From positions 1-64,000 of the forward strand of contig CAVWLW010000069.1 of assembly GCA_963755715.1 (NCBI GenBank): a DNA stretch of 64,000 bases, written 5' to 3'. Each line of letters opens with the position of its first letter. Position 1 is the stretch's first letter. This document shows positions 58,950 through 64,000 of the stretch, in pieces. A model generated the notes under the pieces. That model made no database searches. It saw nothing but the letters and a program-made list of their open reading frames with translations, and had not been told where the DNA came from. This DNA comes from an uncultured delta proteobacterium (lineage in GTDB: Bacteria > Desulfobacterota > Binatia > UBA9968). The position numbers and the translations under genes are program-made.

Positions 58950-59675
58950 ATGAATTACCACTTCAATTGGAGCGTTCTTTGGAGCGGGCAAACCGGCGCT
59001 TGGCTGCTCCACGGGGTATTCATGACGCTGGAGATTTCGTTGGTCGGCTGGTTCATCGCCGCCGCACTCGGGATTCTTTCCGGCGCGCTTCGCACCCTGC
59101 CGATATTACCCTTGCGCTGGCTTGCGGCCGGCTACGTCGAGTTCTTCCGCAATGTGCCTTTGCTCGTTTGGATGTTTTTTTGGTACTTCGGCGTGCCGCC
59201 GTTCTTGCCGCAGGCGCTGCAAGACTGGCTGCTCGATCACGGCGCTGAATTCTGGGCCGGCGCATTCGCTCTCGGCGTGTATCACGGCGCCCGCTTCTCC
59301 GAGGTGATTCGCTCGGGGATCGGCGCGATTCCGAAGACTCAGTTCGAAGCAGCGGCATCCACAGGTTTGACAACGGCGCAAGCCTACCGCCTGGTCATCC
59401 TTCCTATTGCTTTCCGCTTGATCGTGCCGCCGGCGACCAACGAGACGTTAAATCTTTTAAAGAACTCTTCCGTGGCGCTGACCATCGGCGTCGCCGAGTT
59501 GACTTTTCAAGTCCGCCAGATCGAAACCTACAGCGCCAAGGCTTTCGAAGCTCTCGCCGCGGGAACCGTTATTTATCTTGTTCTTTGTTTGACGATCTCC
59601 GCGGTCATGGCGCGTATCGAGCGACAAACCGCCATACCCGGCATGATCACACGGGGAAACACTGGAGTATCGTGA
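58950..59675 (+). CDS. Polar amino-acid ABC permease
   Basis: YVEFFRNVPLL, SEVIRSGI, QFEAAASTGL, LLKNSS. Confidence 0.92.
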   Translation: MNYHFNWSVLWSGQTGAWLLHGVFMTLEISLVGWFIAAALGILSGALRTLPILPLRWLAAGYVEFFRNVPLLVWMFFWYFGVPPFLPQALQDWLLDHGAEFWAGAFALGVYHGARFSEVIRSGIGAIPKTQFEAAASTGLTTAQAYRLVILPIAFRLIVPPATNETLNLLKNSSVALTIGVAELTFQVRQIETYSAKAFEALAAGTVIYLVLCLTISAVMARIERQTAIPGMITRGNTGVS

Positions 59676-59676
59676 A

Positions 59677-60358
59677 ATGGATTTCCAGGTAATCGCTAAT
59701 AACTTCGCTTTCCTGATGCTTCAAGGCTTCCTCGGCTTCGGTGCGTTCGCCGGCGGAACGTTGCGCCTCGCCATCCCGGCGATTGTTCTCGGATTCATTC
59801 TCGGCACAGCGATTGGTTTGGCCCGCTTGGCCCGCGCCCGGTGGCTTTATCTTGCTGCGGCCGCTTATGTGGAATTTTTTCGCGGCGTGCCGCTCGTGAT
59901 GGTCATCTTTTGGTTCTGGTTCATCGTTCCCGCGCTGATGGGAAAGTCGCTCCCTGAATACAGCGTCGCGCTCACCGCATTCGTGATGTTCGAAGCGGCT
60001 TATTTGGCGGAGATCGTGCGTTCCGGCATCCAGTCCGTGCCGCGCGGACAGGTCGAGGCCGCTACCGCCACCGGACTCGCACACGGGCAGATGATGCGGC
60101 ACGTGATCTTGCCCCAAGCCCTGCGCAATATGATTCCCGCTCTAGTCACCCAATTCATCGTGCTTGCTCAAAGACACATCGCTCGCATCGATCATCGGTT
60201 ACGTCGATCTCACCAAAGCCGCGCAGATTGTGAATAACCGAGAAATCCGGCCTTTTGAGCTTTATCTTTTCATCGCTATTGTCTACTGGCTCTCCAGCTA
60301 TGGCATGTCCCGGTACGCGCGTTATTGCGAATATCGGTTGAATCCAAGCCGATCGTGA
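59677..60358 (+). CDS. Polar amino-acid ABC permease (frameshift near 60165)
   Basis: YVEFFRGVPL, AEIVRSGI, GQVEAATATGL; continues as LKDTSLASIIG in ORF 60164..60358. Confidence 0.88.
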
Positions 60359-60528
60359 ATCTCGCACGCGTCGACTTAACCAGCGCTTAACAATAATTGA
60401 CCATCGGTCGAGTTGACCCTTTCGACACCCGTGCGCTACAGTTAATACACAGCCCCGTACGTTCACACATCAAGATTAGCGAATCGAATCCAAAAGCAAT
60501 ACTCAACGCAATTTCTTCGCGAACGAAC

Positions 60529-61479
60529 ATGCTCTATTTAAAAGATACCCCGATCAACCAGATCCTCTCGATGAACGAAATGATCGAGGCGGTCGAGGAC
60601 ACGCTTAAAGAGGTCGCGCTGGGCCGCGGTTTCGAGTTGCCGCGGCGCAGGATTCATCATCCCAATCGAATGATCTTTGGGCTCCTACCGGGCTCCGTGC
60701 ATGGCGCTATGGGAGCCTATTTGCAGACCGATCTAGATCGCCGCATCCATCATGAAACGGTGATTTTGTACAGTGTCGAAACTGGCGCGCCGCTTATTTT
60801 ATTTCAAGATTGCGCCATGAATGAAAATCGGACGGCTGCGGCGGGGGCCATCGGCGCCAAGTATTTGGCCCGAGCAAACGCTAATCGGGTGGCTGTGTTC
60901 GGCAGCGCCGTCCACGCGGAAAGCCAACTCAAAGCGGTCGCCGCCGTCAGAAACTTGACGCAAGTGTGGGTTTTCAGCCCAAGTCCAAAGCACCGCGAGT
61001 CATTCGCCGTGAAACTCGGCGGCGAGCTTGGAATTCCCGTCCAAGCAGCGTTGAACGCTGAAGAAGCATTGGAAAACGCCGATATTGTCATTACGGCGAC
61101 CGATTCAAAGGCGTCGGTTTTTGACGGCAGCCAGTTGAACGCGGGAACTCACGTTACTTCGATTGCCAACGGCGACAAGACTCGGAAGCGACAGGAGATC
61201 GATGAGACCGCGATCCGCCGGGCCGACGCGATTTTTGTAACTTCCAAGGAAACCGTTTGCGTCAACGAGAGCGATATTTTTCGGGCAGTCAGAGATCGGG
61301 TCATTAACTGGGACCAAGTTCATGAGATATCAAGCTTGCTACTTGGCCGAGTTGCAGGCCGCACGGACGATCGCCAAATCACTTTATTCAAACTTCAAGG
61401 AACGGGTATCATGGACGTCGCGATCGGTCTGCGAGCCTACGAGAAACTGAAAGACGGCAATCAGGTACAGCGATTATAA
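60529..61479 (+). CDS. Ornithine cyclodeaminase / mu-crystallin family protein
   Basis: RTAAAGAIGAKYLAR, VAVFGSAVHA, ADIVITAT, GRTDDRQITLFKLQGTGIMD. Confidence 0.88.
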   Translation: MLYLKDTPINQILSMNEMIEAVEDTLKEVALGRGFELPRRRIHHPNRMIFGLLPGSVHGAMGAYLQTDLDRRIHHETVILYSVETGAPLILFQDCAMNENRTAAAGAIGAKYLARANANRVAVFGSAVHAESQLKAVAAVRNLTQVWVFSPSPKHRESFAVKLGGELGIPVQAALNAEEALENADIVITATDSKASVFDGSQLNAGTHVTSIANGDKTRKRQEIDETAIRRADAIFVTSKETVCVNESDIFRAVRDRVINWDQVHEISSLLLGRVAGRTDDRQITLFKLQGTGIMDVAIGLRAYEKLKDGNQVQRL

Positions 61480-61505
61480 AAGTTTCCAGAAGCTAGGATA
61501 GAAGC

Positions 61506-62924
61506 ATGGCGCATTACGATATGTTGGTGATCGGTTCCGGGCCTGCTGGCCAGAAGGCGGCCATCCAGGCCGCTAAAATCGGTAAAAAGGCAGGGGTCAT
61601 CGAACGTAAAAAAGTCGCCGGCGGCATTTGCATCAATACGGGAACTATACCCAGCAAATCGCTGCGCGAAGCGGTGATGTTTCTTTCCGGCTTTCGCCAG
61701 CGCAATCTCTATGGCGCCAGCTACCGGGTCAAGAAAGATATCACTTTCGAAGACCTCGCCCAGCGTTGCGATCATGTGGTCAAAGCCGAACAGGAAATCA
61801 TTCAGAACCAATTGATCAGAAACTCCGTCGATTTCATCGTCGGCACCGCGTCCCTGATCGATCCTCATCGCATCTCGATCAAGCAGGAATCCGAGTCGAA
61901 CGAACACACGGCCGACTACATCGTCATCGCCGTGGGCACCGAAACGGCCCACCCGCCGGGAGTTCCATTTGACGATGAGAGCGTCATCGATAGCGATGGC
62001 CTGCTATCGCTCAAACAGCTGCCGAAGTCATTGACGATCGTCGGCGGCGGCGTCATTGGCTGCGAATATGCTTGCATCTTGGCAACGCTCGGCATTCCGG
62101 TCGTGCTGGTGGAGCGGCGGCCGCGGCTGCTTGAGTTCGTCGATAGCGAAATTATCGAATCGCTCCAATATCAAATGCGCAATATCGGCGTGACACTGCG
62201 CCTGAATGAAGAGGTAGTCGGCGTTTCCATCGGCGCCGACAAATCCGTCGTGCTCCACCTCAAGAGCGGCAAACAAATTCGCTCGCCGCTGCTGGTTTAT
62301 TCCGCAGGCCGCGTAGGCGCGACGAAGAATCTGGGGCTGGAACAGGTCGGCATCGAACCCGACGAGCGCGGCCGGTTGAAAGTCAACGAGAATTTTCAGA
62401 CTGCCGTGCCGCACATTTACGCGGCCGGCGACGTAGTGGGATTTCCCGCCCTCGCGTCGACTTCGATGCAACAAGGCCGTCATGCCGCCTGCCATGCTTT
62501 CGGTCTCGTCTGCGAGACATCCTCGCATCTATTGCCGTACGGAATCTACACGATCCCGGAAATTTCGATGGTCGGACGCAACGAAGACGAGCTTACGCGC
62601 GACGGCGTTCCCTATGAGATCGGGATAGCCCGCTATCGGGAGATCGCTCGAGGCCAAATCATCGGCGACACCGTCGGCATGCTAAAACTGCTCTTTCATA
62701 GCGACACCCGTGAACTGTTAGGGGTCCATGTGATCGGCGAAGGCGCGACCGAATTGGTCCATATCGGCCAAGCGGTCATCGCCCACGGCGGCAAGTTGGA
62801 TTACTTCGTCGATACGGTATTCAATTACCCGACGCTGGCCGAATGCTACAAAGTCGCGGCGCTCGCGGCGCTGAACAAATTTGCCAACAACGGCGCCGCA
62901 GTCTGCAAGGCGCCGGAGCACTAA
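61506..62924 (+). CDS. sthA: Soluble (Si-specific) NAD(P)+ transhydrogenase
   Basis: YDMLVIGSGPAGQKAAIQAAK, GGICINTGTIPSKSLRE (CxxxxT rather than CxxxxC), GFPALASTSM, FNYPTLAECYKVAA. Confidence 0.92.
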   Translation: MAHYDMLVIGSGPAGQKAAIQAAKIGKKAGVIERKKVAGGICINTGTIPSKSLREAVMFLSGFRQRNLYGASYRVKKDITFEDLAQRCDHVVKAEQEIIQNQLIRNSVDFIVGTASLIDPHRISIKQESESNEHTADYIVIAVGTETAHPPGVPFDDESVIDSDGLLSLKQLPKSLTIVGGGVIGCEYACILATLGIPVVLVERRPRLLEFVDSEIIESLQYQMRNIGVTLRLNEEVVGVSIGADKSVVLHLKSGKQIRSPLLVYSAGRVGATKNLGLEQVGIEPDERGRLKVNENFQTAVPHIYAAGDVVGFPALASTSMQQGRHAACHAFGLVCETSSHLLPYGIYTIPEISMVGRNEDELTRDGVPYEIGIARYREIARGQIIGDTVGMLKLLFHSDTRELLGVHVIGEGATELVHIGQAVIAHGGKLDYFVDTVFNYPTLAECYKVAALAALNKFANNGAAVCKAPEH

Positions 62925-62964
62925 GCAGGCAGCCTCTTTAGCGCGCGGCGCCGAAATGCGCGGC

Positions 62965-63363
62965 CTATCCCATCGTGGCGACTTTCACCGGGCGGATCTT
63001 GTAAATCACGCGAACCTCGCTGGGACTGCGAAAAGGGTAACGATCTTTACCCAAATATTTCTTCGCCATCGCGTCGATGTGCGCATCCGCGCCGTTCTCA
63101 GTAATCTCTGCGACCTCACCGCGAATGGCCACGTGCCGGTACGCGTTATCTGGATCGAGAATGGAAATGGCGACGCGTTTATCGCGCCGCATGTTCTGGT
63201 CCTTGATCCTGTCCTTCGCGGTGTTGATCCAGATGAGCGATCCGTCGAAATCGATCCAAACCGGCGTCACTTGCGGGCTGCCGTCTTTTGTTAGAGTGGC
63301 CAGATGGGCGAAGACCGGCTTGGCACACAGCTCTTTCACGACATCAGGAATATTCGCGGCCAT
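62965..63363 (-). CDS. PPOX-class (pyridoxamine oxidase-like) F420-dependent oxidoreductase family protein
   Basis: AHLATLTKDGSPQVTPVW, KDQNMRRDKRVAIS, AKKYLG..YP, RVIYKIRP. Confidence 0.85.
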   Translation of the reverse strand: MAANIPDVVKELCAKPVFAHLATLTKDGSPQVTPVWIDFDGSLIWINTAKDRIKDQNMRRDKRVAISILDPDNAYRHVAIRGEVAEITENGADAHIDAMAKKYLGKDRYPFRSPSEVRVIYKIRPVKVATMG

Positions 63364-63393
63364 ATACTTTCCTCCTGTTCGAAAGTTTTTGTA

Positions 63394-64000
63394 TCAGCAA
63401 AAATGATCGTAAAGCTCGGTTAAGTCATCGATCAACAAGTCCGGCGCCGCCGCGATGAGATCGCTCTTGTCACCCAAGCCGTAGGTGACACCGCAGGTCA
63501 TCACCCCGGCGCGTTTTCCCGCTTCGATATCGGTGTCGCCGTCGCCGACGATCACCGCGCTGGCGGCGGACAGCTGAAAGCGCCGCAGGGCGACATGCAA
63601 AAGCGCCGGGTGCGGTTTTTTTTCCGCCGCGCTGTCGCCGCCGAAGATCGCATCGAAGCAATCTTCCACGCCGAGTCCGCGCACCACGGCGAGCGTCAGC
63701 CGATACATTTTGTTGCTCACCACGACCTTTCGCTTAGCACAGAAATAATCGAGCACATCGCGGACGCCCGGATAGAGCACCGTGCGATCGAGCAAATGCC
63801 GTTCGTAGTGTCCAAGAAAAACATGCAGGACCTGTTGAAAATCGTCGGGACTCTTCTCCGGCAAGGCGTGCCTGATCAAATATTCCACACCCCGGCCGAC
63901 CTGAGCGTGGATCGATCGCTCGGGCAGGGGCTCAAGGTCGAAACGGGCGCGGGTGAAATTGACGGAGCTGGCGAGATCGTGACCCGTGTCAGCGAGCGTG
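63394..64000 (-). CDS. HAD-family phosphatase, phosphoglycolate phosphatase-like (5' end beyond the window)
   Basis: TLADT..DLA at the window edge, YPGV, VVSNK, KKPHP, VGDGDTDIEAGKRAG. Confidence 0.88.
   Translation of the reverse strand, partial: TLADTGHDLASSVNFTRARFDLEPLPERSIHAQVGRGVEYLIRHALPEKSPDDFQQVLHVFLGHYERHLLDRTVLYPGVRDVLDYFCAKRKVVVSNKMYRLTLAVVRGLGVEDCFDAIFGGDSAAEKKPHPALLHVALRRFQLSAASAVIVGDGDTDIEAGKRAGVMTCGVTYGLGDKSDLIAAAPDLLIDDLTELYDHFC

Overview
A GC-rich bacterial chromosome segment. The gene order and the very large solute-binding-protein (SBP) expansion suggest a deltaproteobacteria-like lineage such as Candidatus Binatota; this is inference only. The left end (1-12.7 kb) is housekeeping: rplU-rpmA-obgE-proB-proA-nadD-rsfS-gpmI-comF-methyltransferase on the minus strand, then a MarR regulator, an ABC permease and lemA-TPM-TPM. 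The right end (53.8-64 kb) is also housekeeping: an MltD-like transglycosylase, gltA, sixA, a polar amino-acid ABC transporter, sthA, a PPOX/F420-type oxidoreductase and a HAD phosphatase. Between them lies a ~41-kb uptake and catabolism region. It holds 12 SBPs (11 without an adjacent transporter), an acyl-CoA ligase, LigB/LigA-like and bicupin dioxygenase candidates, a UbiD decarboxylase and a secreted M20 amidohydrolase. The most unusual element is four paralogous secreted ~560-570 aa proteins with a remodelled M29-aminopeptidase-like C-terminal half. Three are in tandem directly upstream of a ~980-aa double-FtsX permease and an ABC ATPase. That operon shares a duplicated sigma70-type promoter block with a neighbouring SBP operon. 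A small GIY-YIG nuclease gene sits between the two arms of a TGTC-hairpin repeat, and two empty copies of that repeat occur elsewhere in the window. Intergenic spaces carry GTAG-type REP palindromes and many 7/8/9-bp-period inverted tandem repeats. At least 14 genes, including proA and gpmI, carry single-base frameshifts, most likely long-read consensus errors. No tRNA, rRNA, CRISPR array or integrase was seen.
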